Made by a program: the position numbers and the translations under genes. 64,000 nucleotides of DNA. Source: an uncultured delta proteobacterium. Lineage in GTDB: Bacteria > Desulfobacterota > BSN033 > UBA1163. Every line of letters begins with the position of its first letter. Within the stretch, counting starts at the first letter, position 1. Under the pieces are notes generated by a model, which was not told the DNA's origin, made no database searches, and saw nothing but the letters and a program-made list of their open reading frames with translations. Location of the stretch: contig CAWHBU010000002.1 in assembly GCA_963827685.1 (NCBI GenBank), forward strand, positions 544,001 through 608,000. The letters run 5' to 3'. Of this stretch, positions 7,824 through 19,759 are shown one piece after another.

Positions 7824-10130
7824 TTATTTTTTGAGTTTAATGAAAAGGAGAAATAGCAACCCACTGCTGATTTTGATCATGGCCATCATAAAGCAGGATT
7901 GCTTCAAACCCAGGATAGGCAATAAAAGGATACCTCCAAAGAGCCCTCCCAAGAAGCCTCCCAAAAGATCTGCTCCATACAGCAGGCCAGCGGTGTGGCC
8001 AAGCATTTCTCCCTTCTCAGGTGTCCCGAGATAGATCTTGGTCGCCAGAGGGAATTGGAGCCCAATCGATGCACCGGAGAGAAAGGACATGATCAAAAAC
8101 ACTGGATAGATAAGAAGAGAGATAGCTGTTTTTTCAAGGTATGGACCTGGGACGGAGAACACAAAAGGGAAAACAAATGAGAAGAAAATGATAACTATTT
8201 CTATTTTTAGAAATAGAAGTGAATCCCTTTTTATTCTATCCAGACGTTGAGTGATTAAGAAGCTGCTCAGTGCCACTCCAGACATAAAGATAGCTATGAG
8301 TAGGCCGATTTGATGGTAGAGATAGCCATAGAATGTTTGAAAGGTGAAGATGACGGCTAAATTGAATATCATCGCTGCTAATCCAGTAGTGAAGATGGCA
8401 TAGGGAATGGACTGCCTGGAGAGATGAGGCCTCTTTATAAAAATAGTTGCCATCAAGAGGGTGAAGAGGGCCATAAAGACAATCGATATTTGAAGACTGA
8501 ATCCTTCAAACCATTTAAAGATTCCCGTTAGGTATGGGGAGAAGAGGGCATTCCAGTAAGAAAGGCTCAGGAAGACACCTATAGGACGAAAATCGGAATT
8601 GATCTGAATCCTTTTTCTCTCCATCGACTGTAAAAACCATTTCATCCATCTTTCATGGAGCCGGTATTCGATATAACTTTTGGTGAAGAGGCTTGTTTGG
8701 ATTTTCCTCACCTCAAACCTTTTGATTACTTCCCCAGTAGTGATTTTTTCAAGCTGATCGGAATTCGAGGCTAAATAGAGATTGGTATCACCCGGGATGA
8801 TTCTCACTGATCGAAAAACGCTTTTTAAGGTATCAAGAATACACCCGTTCAAATCTCTTAATTCCGGACTGATATAGGTCAATGACCCGGGAAGGGTTAA
8901 AACGATGATTCCATCAGGGTTCATCTTCCCCTTGGCGGCGCTAAAGAATTCAGAAGAAAATAATCTATTGGTCTGTAATTCCTGGGGGGCAGGGATTCCG
9001 ACGAAAATAATATCGAATCGATCCTGAGTCCTTTTCACGAAGAACCGACCATCGGCATAGTGAATCCTGACTCTTTCGTCTGAAAGCTCGGATTGGGTGA
9101 GCGGTGTTGAAAATTGTTGAACTAATTTTAAGAGAAGGGGATCCAGCTCAACATAGTCCAGACGCTTCACAGGATATTTCAATATCTCGTGGATCATCCC
9201 CCCCACTCCACCACTCAGGATTAACACCGATTCAGGTTTTTCATGAAAGAGCATGGGAAAATGGACGAAATCATCGATGGAGGCAATGTCCGGCACAGGG
9301 GTGGTGATGGATGGAACCCCATTGGCAAAGAAGGTGAATTGTTCGCCTCTCTTCGTGACGGTGATATTCCCATAAATGGAGTTTTCATTGTGGATGACAT
9401 TTAGATTTCTCCACTGAGAATGGATGGAGGATTGGTGAATCGCGCTTGAGGTTTGGGGCAAGAGGCTATAGGTAAAGAGAAAGAAGAGAAGAATCGATAG
9501 AATCAAGAGAAAGATTTTAACAGGGTGGTTCGATAATCTGGGAGTAGGCCAAACGAGGATCGCCGACATCAGCGCATTCATTAAAGAAATGATAAAGGCG
9601 ATTTCAAAAGAATTGAGATATTGAATGAGAAGAAAGGTTATGAGTAATCCACCAATGATGGACCCGATGCTTTCGAGAGCATAGACCTTTCCAATGGAGG
9701 AAGCATCTTTTCTGATGTACTGGGAATAGAGTTTACATCCGTAAGTGAAAAGGGCACCATGAGGCAGCGTGACCGGCAGGAGGATCAGGAAAGAGGAATA
9801 AAAGATAGGCGCAAAGCCAAGTCCCTCTCCAGGAGTGGCAAGGAGGATGTTTTTGAATATTCGACAAAGGTAGATGGAGAAAGGGAGGGCTACGGAAAAG
9901 ACCAGTTGGAAAACCACATATGTCTCTATTTTCCTTTCCACCTTCTCCACGGATTTGCCAATGATGAAAGAGCCAAACGCTTCCAAGATCAGCCAGTTGG
10001 CGAGAATGATTCCGAGGGTGAGCTCGTTGCCAAGAAAAGAGATGAGAAGTTCCCTCATCAGGATGATCTGGGCAACGATACCGCTCATCCCCATAATAAG
10101 CAAAGAGACTTTAAGGAATGATGGTCTCAT
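7824..10130 (-). CDS. Membrane-fused spermidine synthase-like SAM-dependent transferase
   Basis: Multi-TM N- and C-terminal regions around a SpeE-like core (SIYGNITV, VLILSGGVGG, VELDP, DGRFFV). Confidence 0.8.
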   Translation of the reverse strand: MRPSFLKVSLLIMGMSGIVAQIILMRELLISFLGNELTLGIILANWLILEAFGSFIIGKSVEKVERKIETYVVFQLVFSVALPFSIYLCRIFKNILLATPGEGLGFAPIFYSSFLILLPVTLPHGALFTYGCKLYSQYIRKDASSIGKVYALESIGSIIGGLLITFLLIQYLNSFEIAFIISLMNALMSAILVWPTPRLSNHPVKIFLLILSILLFFLFTYSLLPQTSSAIHQSSIHSQWRNLNVIHNENSIYGNITVTKRGEQFTFFANGVPSITTPVPDIASIDDFVHFPMLFHEKPESVLILSGGVGGMIHEILKYPVKRLDYVELDPLLLKLVQQFSTPLTQSELSDERVRIHYADGRFFVKRTQDRFDIIFVGIPAPQELQTNRLFSSEFFSAAKGKMNPDGIIVLTLPGSLTYISPELRDLNGCILDTLKSVFRSVRIIPGDTNLYLASNSDQLEKITTGEVIKRFEVRKIQTSLFTKSYIEYRLHERWMKWFLQSMERKRIQINSDFRPIGVFLSLSYWNALFSPYLTGIFKWFEGFSLQISIVFMALFTLLMATIFIKRPHLSRQSIPYAIFTTGLAAMIFNLAVIFTFQTFYGYLYHQIGLLIAIFMSGVALSSFLITQRLDRIKRDSLLFLKIEIVIIFFSFVFPFVFSVPGPYLEKTAISLLIYPVFLIMSFLSGASIGLQFPLATKIYLGTPEKGEMLGHTAGLLYGADLLGGFLGGLFGGILLLPILGLKQSCFMMAMIKISSGLLFLLFIKLKK

Positions 10131-10267
10131 GTGCTAATTCATTATCAATATCTTCGCCGTTTGTGAAGAGTGGGTAGTGAAATGAGGCTCTTCCGGGTTT
10201 TTCGTGGTTGGCTCACCTTGTAACCCCCTTTCATCCCCCCTTAATTTAAGGGGGGAATAGAGGGGGG

Positions 10268-11738
<1,471 letters not shown>

Positions 11739-11739
<1 letters not shown>

Positions 11740-12272
11740 TATTTTTTTTCATTTAAAATTCGAGCGCCTATATAAATGTATTGAGATCCAGATAGGATAG
11801 TGATGATGGCAGTTCCATAAATAGCGATCGTGGAGAGTTGTTTAAAGGTTGGGAAGTCCCATGCCAATAGAACGAAAAGGATTGTGACGATTTGAAAAGT
11901 AGTGGTCGTCTTGCTCAAAAAACTGGGGTTGATCTCGGGGCGATAACTGGTAAGAATCATCACAAGCATACCCACCAGGATGATGACGTCCCGGGTGATA
12001 ACGATGACCACCAGCCAGCTGGGGATCATTTCAATGATGGCAAGAGAGATGAAGGCGGCGGAGAGAAGGAGTTTGTCAGCAATGGGATCGAGATAGGCAC
12101 CCAATTCGGTCCGTTGATTCGTCAGGCGTGCGATGAGGCCGTCCATTGCGTCCGTAATCCCCGCAATCGCAAAAGTGAGAAGGGCCCAATCGAAATATTT
12201 ATTGATGATGAGGATGACGAATAGGGGAATCAAAAGGACTCTCGTTAACGTCAGGATATTGGGTAGGTTCAT
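11739..12272 (-). CDS. pgsA: CDP-alcohol phosphatidyltransferase (PgsA family)
   Basis: NLPNILTLTR, TDAMDGLIAR...GAYLDPIADK motif. Confidence 0.8.
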
Positions 12273-12287
12273 CGCTTGCTGAATGAA

Positions 12288-12370
12288 TAGTTCGGAGTGA
12301 CTAGTTCGGAGTTCGGAGAAAAAGGGATTTCATTTTATTCTCCAAACTCTAACCTCCGAACTCAGAACTA
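12288..12370. repeat. Inverted heptamer array (AGTTCGG / CCGAACT)
   Basis: Tandem degenerate 7-mers followed by their complement; the same unit occurs at 43893-43934. Confidence 0.7.
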
Positions 12371-12378
12371 AAAATGGA

Positions 12379-13749
12379 TTAGGATGACTCGTAAATATTT
12401 TCAGTCTCCCCCTTATAGAGGTCTTTGAAGGTCGTGAATTTATCTAAAAAAGCCAGGTCGATCTTTCCGATGGGACCGTTCCGCTGCTTTCCGATGACGA
12501 CCTCTGCCTTGCCCCGATTCGGGTTATCTTCCGATCTGTTGTAGATTTCGTCTCGATAGATGAAAAGGATCAAGTCGGCATCTTGCTCGATCGCACCGGA
12601 TTCCCGGAGGTCTGAGAGCTGAGGCCTATTCCCCGTTCGTTCCTCGGTCTTCCGGCTGAGCTGAGAGACGGCGATCACAGGGATATTGAGTTCCTTGGCT
12701 AGCGCTTTTAAGGACCGGGAGATTTCCGAGATCTCCTGCTGTCGGCTTTCGACCCTTGCTCTTCCCTTCATCAGTTGAAGGTAGTCAACGATGACCATGC
12801 CGAGGCCACGGTCGGCTTTCAGGCGACGGGCCTTGGCTCTCAATTCCAGGGCCGAGAGGGCTGCCGTGTCGTCAATGTAGATGGGTGCTTCGGATAGATT
12901 GCCCGCCGCAATGGTCAGCTTTGGCCAATCGCTCTCGTTGAGATAGCCTGTCCTGAGTCGTGTTCCTTCCACATGGGCCTGCGAACAGAGCATACGGATA
13001 ACCAGTTGTTCCTTTGACATCTCCAACGAAAAAATGGCCACTGGAATCTTATTGTTGATGGCGGCATATTCGGCAACATCGAGGCAAAAGGCCGTCTTGC
13101 CCATGCTGGGCCTTCCAGCAATGATAATCAGGTCAGAGGGCTGAAAACCGGCCGTCATGCGATCCAGTTCTCTAAACCCTGAAGGAACGCCGGTGACGGC
13201 CTCCTTCTTTTGGAAGAGTTTTTCGATGGTGGCAAAACTCGCTTTGACGATTTCCCGGATGGGGTAAAAAGAGGGTCTCACCCTCTTCTCCGAAATCTCA
13301 AAGATGGCCCGCTCCGCCTCATCCAGAAACCCTTCCACATCCCCTCGATCCTCATAACTTTGGGTGATGATCTCCGTCGAGGTTTGAATCAACTTCCGAA
13401 GGATGGCCTTCTCTTTGACGATCTTGGCGTAGTATTCGATATTGGCAGCGGTAGGGACGGAATCGATTAAAGAGGCGAGATACGAAGCCCCGCCGACGGA
13501 ATCGAGTTGGTCAGTTTTTCGAAGTTCATTGGTCATAGTGATCAGATCGGCGGGTTCATCACGTTCTGAAAGGTCGATCAAGGCATTAAAGATTTTGCGA
13601 TGGGCATCCCGATAAAAGTCATCGGCGTCAAGGATTTCCGTCACCCGATTGATCGCTTCGTTCTCGATGAGGATTCCTCCCAGTACGGATTGTTCCGCTT
13701 CGATATGCTGGGGGGGAAGTTTGTGGGAGGAGAAGTCCGCCTCGTTCAT
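12379..13749 (-). CDS. dnaB: Replicative DNA helicase
   Basis: PPQHIEAEQSVLG, AGRPSMGKT, VDYLQLM, LSDLRESGAIEQDAD, KQRNGP. Confidence 0.98.
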   Translation of the reverse strand: MNEADFSSHKLPPQHIEAEQSVLGGILIENEAINRVTEILDADDFYRDAHRKIFNALIDLSERDEPADLITMTNELRKTDQLDSVGGASYLASLIDSVPTAANIEYYAKIVKEKAILRKLIQTSTEIITQSYEDRGDVEGFLDEAERAIFEISEKRVRPSFYPIREIVKASFATIEKLFQKKEAVTGVPSGFRELDRMTAGFQPSDLIIIAGRPSMGKTAFCLDVAEYAAINNKIPVAIFSLEMSKEQLVIRMLCSQAHVEGTRLRTGYLNESDWPKLTIAAGNLSEAPIYIDDTAALSALELRAKARRLKADRGLGMVIVDYLQLMKGRARVESRQQEISEISRSLKALAKELNIPVIAVSQLSRKTEERTGNRPQLSDLRESGAIEQDADLILFIYRDEIYNRSEDNPNRGKAEVVIGKQRNGPIGKIDLAFLDKFTTFKDLYKGETENIYESS

Positions 13750-13755
13750 AAAACA

Positions 13756-14199
13756 TTACTCCTGGACCACCCAAACCTTCAGATGAGTGGTCACCTCGGG
13801 ATGGAGTTTGATCGGCACGTTAGACACACCCAAATTTTTAATCGGTTCCTCCAAGGCGATCTTTTTACGATCCACCTTAATACCATTTTCCTTCAGATAA
13901 TTCTCAATATCCATGGAAGTCACGGAGCCGAAAAGCTTTCCACTTTCTCCAACCGTTTTTGCAAAGGTGCAGGATAGCTTTTCGATTTGCTGACCCAGCT
14001 TTTCCGCATCCTTTTTTGCCTTTTCCATACGTTGTTGGATGAGGCGTTTTTGATGTTCGATCACCTTAAGACTTTTTTCTGTGGCGAGAACAGCCTTCTT
14101 CTGTGGGATGAGATAATTCCTCCCGTATCCGTCAGAGACTTTCACCAAATCTCCGGCTTTTCCCAAAGAAGTGACATTCTCTAACAAAATAACCTTCAT
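13756..14199 (-). CDS. rplI: 50S ribosomal protein L9
   Basis: Start refined to ATG 14199 (MKVILL) after GGAGG; GYGRNYLIP, GKLFGSVT. Confidence 0.97.
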   Translation of the reverse strand: MKVILLENVTSLGKAGDLVKVSDGYGRNYLIPQKKAVLATEKSLKVIEHQKRLIQQRMEKAKKDAEKLGQQIEKLSCTFAKTVGESGKLFGSVTSMDIENYLKENGIKVDRKKIALEEPIKNLGVSNVPIKLHPEVTTHLKVWVVQE

Positions 14200-14599
14200 A
14201 GGATACCCTCCTAACGCCCGATTCCACCGGGCTGAAACCCTAAATCCTGATCTCGAAAAAGAAAAGAATCCCAAGTTCCAAATTACCTAGAAAATAGCTT
14301 TCTTAAATCCCTCCTAACCTCCCTTTGCCTGCTTTGGCAGGGAAAAGATACCAAAGGGAGGAACAATGCCCCGCTTTGGCAAAGAGGGGTGAGGGGAGAT
14401 TTTCCGATAAATATCCATTCAATGATGAGGCCCTTAATAAGTTAGATCATTTCGATTTTTTCATTTTGCACATTTGAAATTGTCTCGAATTGGTCCTTGT
14501 AGGATGCTTCGCCCGGATTTCGCCTGCCTTCGTCCCGCAAGGCGGGACTACGCGCAGGCAGGTGCTTCGAATTCAAGATTCTATATTTTTCCTCTTACT

Positions 14600-14863
14600 T
14601 TAACGAACGGCTGTCGTAAAGGGAAGAATGGCAATATTGCGTGCCCTTTTGAGAGCGACCGTCACTTGCCTTTGATGCTTTGCACAGTTTCCTGAGATCC
14701 TTCGGGGGATGATCTTTCCCCGTTCTGTAATAAAGTATCGAAGGATCTTTGGATTTTTATAATCAATATCCAATTTTTTATCCGTACAGAATCGGCAGAC
14801 CTTTCGCCTCATGAAAGGTTTTTTCTTCCTGTCGGGGGTTGTTCTCTCTGGGGGTCTCTTCAT
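14600..14863 (-). CDS. rpsR: 30S ribosomal protein S18
   Basis: [26 protein letters not shown]. Confidence 0.97.
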   Translation of the reverse strand: MKRPPERTTPDRKKKPFMRRKVCRFCTDKKLDIDYKNPKILRYFITERGKIIPRRISGNCAKHQRQVTVALKRARNIAILPFTTAVR

Positions 14864-14864
14864 T

Positions 14865-15248
14865 CTATTCTCCTTGTTTCTTTAACTTTTGTGTCTGGTT
14901 TTTCCCTTCGATCATCCGGAGATCTGTGGCGATCACCTCTGTGCGGATTCGATTTTTCCCTTCCGGCGTTTGCCAAGACCGTTGATTGAGTTTGCCGATG
15001 ACCATCAGGTGTTGGCCGCTTTGGAGAAGGTCGAGATTAAACTCAGCCAGTTTTCCAATGGCCACAATGTCTATCCGATTTCGACTTCCCTGCCCTGCAC
15101 CATTGCGGTGCAGGGTTTGACCCGTTATGTCCTCTGAGTCATGCAATTCCAGAGGGAATTGGATCACGGGTGACCCGTCTGGACGGTAGTGGCGCCGAGG
15201 GGAGGTAACCACTTTTCCTGTCAGGATCACACGGTTCAAAGAGGTCAT
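14865..15248 (-). CDS. Short SSB/PriB-like OB-fold protein without an acidic tail
   Basis: [28 protein letters not shown]; lies between rpsF and rpsR; no DDIPF C-terminus. Confidence 0.8.
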   Translation of the reverse strand: MTSLNRVILTGKVVTSPRRHYRPDGSPVIQFPLELHDSEDITGQTLHRNGAGQGSRNRIDIVAIGKLAEFNLDLLQSGQHLMVIGKLNQRSWQTPEGKNRIRTEVIATDLRMIEGKNQTQKLKKQGE

Positions 15249-15607
15249 GCCTTCTCCATAACCCCGGGTTCCTCCTCCGGCGTTTCATCGAGTGTCGGAC
15301 CTTCCGAAGAGGACGCTTGTCCTTCGCTCAATCGGACGGATTGAAACTTGATGACGGCATCCATGACTCGAAAATTTCTCTCTAATTCAGAGAGCAAAGC
15401 GGGCGATCCCAAGAAGTGGATCAGGATGTAATGACCTTTGGGTTTCTTTTTGACTTCGTAGGCGAGTTTTCGTTTTCCCCAATCTTCAACCTTTAGGATT
15501 TCTCCAGTGGCTTGAGTAATGATTCCTTTGACTTTTTCGATTACCGATAGGGCCTGTTCTTCTTCGAGATCGGGGTCCAAAATGAAGATGGTTTCATACT
15601 TCCTCAT
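15245..15607 (-). CDS. rpsF: 30S ribosomal protein S6
   Basis: MRKYETIFIL, EDWGKRKLAYEV. Confidence 0.97.
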   Translation of the reverse strand: MRKYETIFILDPDLEEEQALSVIEKVKGIITQATGEILKVEDWGKRKLAYEVKKKPKGHYILIHFLGSPALLSELERNFRVMDAVIKFQSVRLSEGQASSSEGPTLDETPEEEPGVMEKA

Positions 15608-15660
15608 GTTTCACCTCCTCGTGGATTATAGCCCTAAAACAAAGTTTAGAGCAAGGGGGT
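15608..15660 (-). promoter_or_regulatory. Candidate S6:S18 ribosomal-protein autoregulatory leader
   Basis: Minus strand reads CCCCTTGCTCTAAAC-TTTG-TTTTAGGGC...AATCCACGAGGAGGTG directly before rpsF: a hairpin plus an anti-SD-like CCCCTT. Confidence 0.5.
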
Positions 15661-15753
15661 TAAAATTATGAATTAAGAATTGAGAATTATGAATTAAGAG
15701 TTTTCAATTATTTCTAAACTCTAAACTCATAATTCATAACTCTTAACTCTAAA
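15661..15753. repeat. Inverted heptamer array (AATTATG / CATAATT-like)
   Basis: Degenerate tandem 7-mers followed by their complement. Confidence 0.7.
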
Positions 15754-15755
15754 CG

Positions 15756-16091
15756 CTAGTCCGACTTCAATACATCCTGCTTGACCACTCCGGCAATATA
15801 GCCTCTGCTGACCTTCACTCTTACCTTGTCCGAGATCTCAACGGTGACTTTGTCGTCTTTGATGCCAGTAATTCGGCCGTAGATTCCTCCGGTGGTTAAG
15901 ACATTATCTCCCACCTTGAGGTTTGACAATAGGTTCTGATGTTCTTTCTTCTGCTTCTGCTGGGGTCGAATGAGCAGGAAATAAAAGATCACAAAGATCA
16001 AAATAATGGGCAGAAAAGTCATGAGTGAAGACCCTTGACCCCCACTCCCTCCCGGCTGTGTTCCCATTGCGTAAACCAGATCTATTCCCAT
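15756..16091 (-). CDS. yajC: Preprotein translocase subunit YajC
   Basis: FYFLLIRPQQK, GDNVLTTGGIYG; follows tgt. Confidence 0.95.
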   Translation of the reverse strand: MGIDLVYAMGTQPGGSGGQGSSLMTFLPIILIFVIFYFLLIRPQQKQKKEHQNLLSNLKVGDNVLTTGGIYGRITGIKDDKVTVEISDKVRVKVSRGYIAGVVKQDVLKSD

Positions 16092-16122
16092 AAATTCCTC
16101 CTTTTAAATCTTTACTTCGTCA

Positions 16123-17316
<1,194 letters not shown>

Positions 17317-17361
17317 TCAGACACTTAACACCAATCACCACTCACTATCACTACTCACAAA

Positions 17362-18390
17362 TTAAAGGATGAGCATCGCATCGCCATAACTATAAAATCG
17401 GTATTTTCTGCGAATGGCTTCTTGATAAGCCTTTATCAATAAGTCTTTTCCTGCGAAGGCTGATACCAGCATGACCAACGTTGATTTAGGCAGATGGAAA
17501 TTGGTGACCAACCCATCGATGACTCCAAAACGATAGGGAGGATAGACAAACAGGGAGGTCATTCCACTACCAGGTCTCACCCCTCCATTCCCATTGGAAA
17601 AGGATTCAAGGGCGCGCGTCGTGGTCGTTCCAACAGCAATGAGCTTCCCACCATGAGCTTTGGTGTCCTCAATTTCTCTCGCCGCTTCCTCTGATATCTC
17701 TATCCATTCTGCTTCCATGGTATGCTCTTCGATGTCCCGGGCCTTTACCGGGGCGAATGTTCCAATTCCAATATGGAGAGTGATCATCGTGGTGCGCACT
17801 CGGTTCTCTCTAAGGGATCGAAGCAAAGCGTCAGTGAAATGCAGACCTGCCGTCGGGGCGGCAATCGATCCATCTCTCTTCGCAAAAACGGTCTGATAAC
17901 GCTCCCTGTCCAAAGGTTCATCTCCTCGCTTGATGTAAGGGGGGAGAGGGATATGGCCGATCTTCTGAAGGATATCCGTTACCTCACCTTGATGGGAGAA
18001 GTTGACTTTTCCCTTTCCATCCTTGACCTCTCCTACCTGTCCCTCAAGTCCCTGCTCAAATCGGATTCGAGCACCTGGCTTCATTTTCCCTGCACCCTTG
18101 ATCAAGGCTTTCCATTCTCCTTTTACTCCATTCCATGAAGGGATCAGGAGCATCTCGATCCTTCCTCCAGTCTCTTTTTTCCCAATGAGTCGAGCCGGAA
18201 GGACACGGGTATTATTCATGACAAGGAGGTCGGAAGCATTTAGGTATTGAGTAATATCTCCAAAGGCTCGGTGCTCGATCAGGCCCGTCTGACGGTGGAG
18301 GATCATTAAAGAAGTCTCTCCCCTTTGGGGAGACGGATATTGAGCGATCAAGGATGTGGGAAGGTGGTAATCGAATTCTTCAATTCTCAT
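17362..18390 (-). CDS. queA: SAM:tRNA ribosyltransferase-isomerase
   Basis: PLPPYI, AAPTAGLHF, TNFHLPKST, YRFYSYGDAM. Confidence 0.98.
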   Translation of the reverse strand: MRIEEFDYHLPTSLIAQYPSPQRGETSLMILHRQTGLIEHRAFGDITQYLNASDLLVMNNTRVLPARLIGKKETGGRIEMLLIPSWNGVKGEWKALIKGAGKMKPGARIRFEQGLEGQVGEVKDGKGKVNFSHQGEVTDILQKIGHIPLPPYIKRGDEPLDRERYQTVFAKRDGSIAAPTAGLHFTDALLRSLRENRVRTTMITLHIGIGTFAPVKARDIEEHTMEAEWIEISEEAAREIEDTKAHGGKLIAVGTTTTRALESFSNGNGGVRPGSGMTSLFVYPPYRFGVIDGLVTNFHLPKSTLVMLVSAFAGKDLLIKAYQEAIRRKYRFYSYGDAMLIL

Positions 18391-18520
18391 ATTCAGTTAC
18401 CTGAGATACAACTAAAACTCAATAAAATTAACAAAGTCCATCTGAATCTGCAAGTAAAATATTGGTTGAGTCGACGGCGCGAGCCTCACCGTCCAAGGCG
18501 GTGAAAACGTCTTCTCAGGG

Positions 18521-18549
18521 TTGACATTTTGGAGTTCTTCGATTAATCT
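18521..18549 (+). promoter_or_regulatory. Candidate sigma70 promoter of purM
   Basis: TTGACA, 17 bp, TAATCT. Confidence 0.45.
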
Positions 18550-18581
18550 AAAACATATTTTGTTTTAGGAAGAGGAGGAGA

Positions 18582-19622
18582 GTGAAGAAGGTTTCTTACA
18601 AGGATGCTGGGGTGGATATTGAAAAGGGAGATGCCTTTGTTCAGGCGATTAAGCCGATGGTGGAATCTACGTTCCGACCCGAGGTGTTGACGAAAATTGG
18701 TGGTTTTGCAGGGTGCGTTTCTCTCAATCTGGAACGTTATAAGAAACCGATTCTTGTCTCCTCTACGGATGGGGTAGGGACAAAGCTGAAGATCGCCTTC
18801 TTGATGAATCGTCATGATACGGTCGGGATTGATCTGGTAGCGATGTGTGTCAATGATATCGTGGTCAGTGGGGCAAAACCTCTCTTCTTCTTGGATTATC
18901 TGGCCACTTCAAAACTGGATACCGAGAAAGCGGCGAAAGTGGTCTCCGGCATTGTCAAAGGATGTATTGAGGCCGAATGTTCTCTCATCGGCGGCGAGAC
19001 GGCTGAAATGCCAGGCTTTTATAAAGTAGGGGAATATGATCTGGCTGGTTTTGCAGTAGGCATTGTGGAGGATGCTCAAGTGATTGATGGGTCGGGTGTC
19101 ACGGTCGGAGATAAATTAATCGGGATCGCCTCCAGCGGTCTCCACAGCAATGGATATTCTTTGGTTAGAAAATTGGTTCTCGATCAGCTTAAAATGGACT
19201 TGGAAGAGCGGGTCGAAGAGATTGGAGAAGTATTGGGTGAAGAATTGCTCAGGCCGACTCGCATCTATGCCAAGACGGTCCTCAACCTCACACGAGATTT
19301 CAATGTCGTCGGAATTGCTCACATCACGGGTGGGGGCATTACAGGAAACCTTCCGAGAATCATCCCCAAGGGCTGTAAAGCGATTGTCCAAAAAGGAACC
19401 TGGGATATTCCTCTCATCTTCTCCTTTCTGAAAGAGAAAGGGGAGATTTCTGAAGAGGAGATGCTTCGCATTTTTAATAACGGGATTGGAATGATCCTCA
19501 TCGTCAGATCCAAAGAAGTCGACGATATCTTAGTCAGGCTTCGCTCCTTGGGCGAGAAGGCCTTTATCATCGGCGAGGTGGGGAAATCAGAGAGGGAACA
19601 GGAGACGATCGAATTTGTCTGA
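18582..19622 (+). CDS. purM: Phosphoribosylformylglycinamidine cyclo-ligase (AIR synthetase)
   Basis: YKDAGVD, TDGVGTK, GGETAEMPG, SSGLHSNGYS. Confidence 0.97.
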   Translation: MKKVSYKDAGVDIEKGDAFVQAIKPMVESTFRPEVLTKIGGFAGCVSLNLERYKKPILVSSTDGVGTKLKIAFLMNRHDTVGIDLVAMCVNDIVVSGAKPLFFLDYLATSKLDTEKAAKVVSGIVKGCIEAECSLIGGETAEMPGFYKVGEYDLAGFAVGIVEDAQVIDGSGVTVGDKLIGIASSGLHSNGYSLVRKLVLDQLKMDLEERVEEIGEVLGEELLRPTRIYAKTVLNLTRDFNVVGIAHITGGGITGNLPRIIPKGCKAIVQKGTWDIPLIFSFLKEKGEISEEEMLRIFNNGIGMILIVRSKEVDDILVRLRSLGEKAFIIGEVGKSEREQETIEFV

Positions 19623-19759
19623 TCCCTCATTTTCCAATATCGTATCCTCTACCTGAATTAATATATCCAGCATACGCATGATCTATTCCTTAAACCATTA
19701 CCCGAACCATTCACGAGTTGGCGCTTGCCCATGCTCAAGAGAAGGGGTTAGAGATTACG

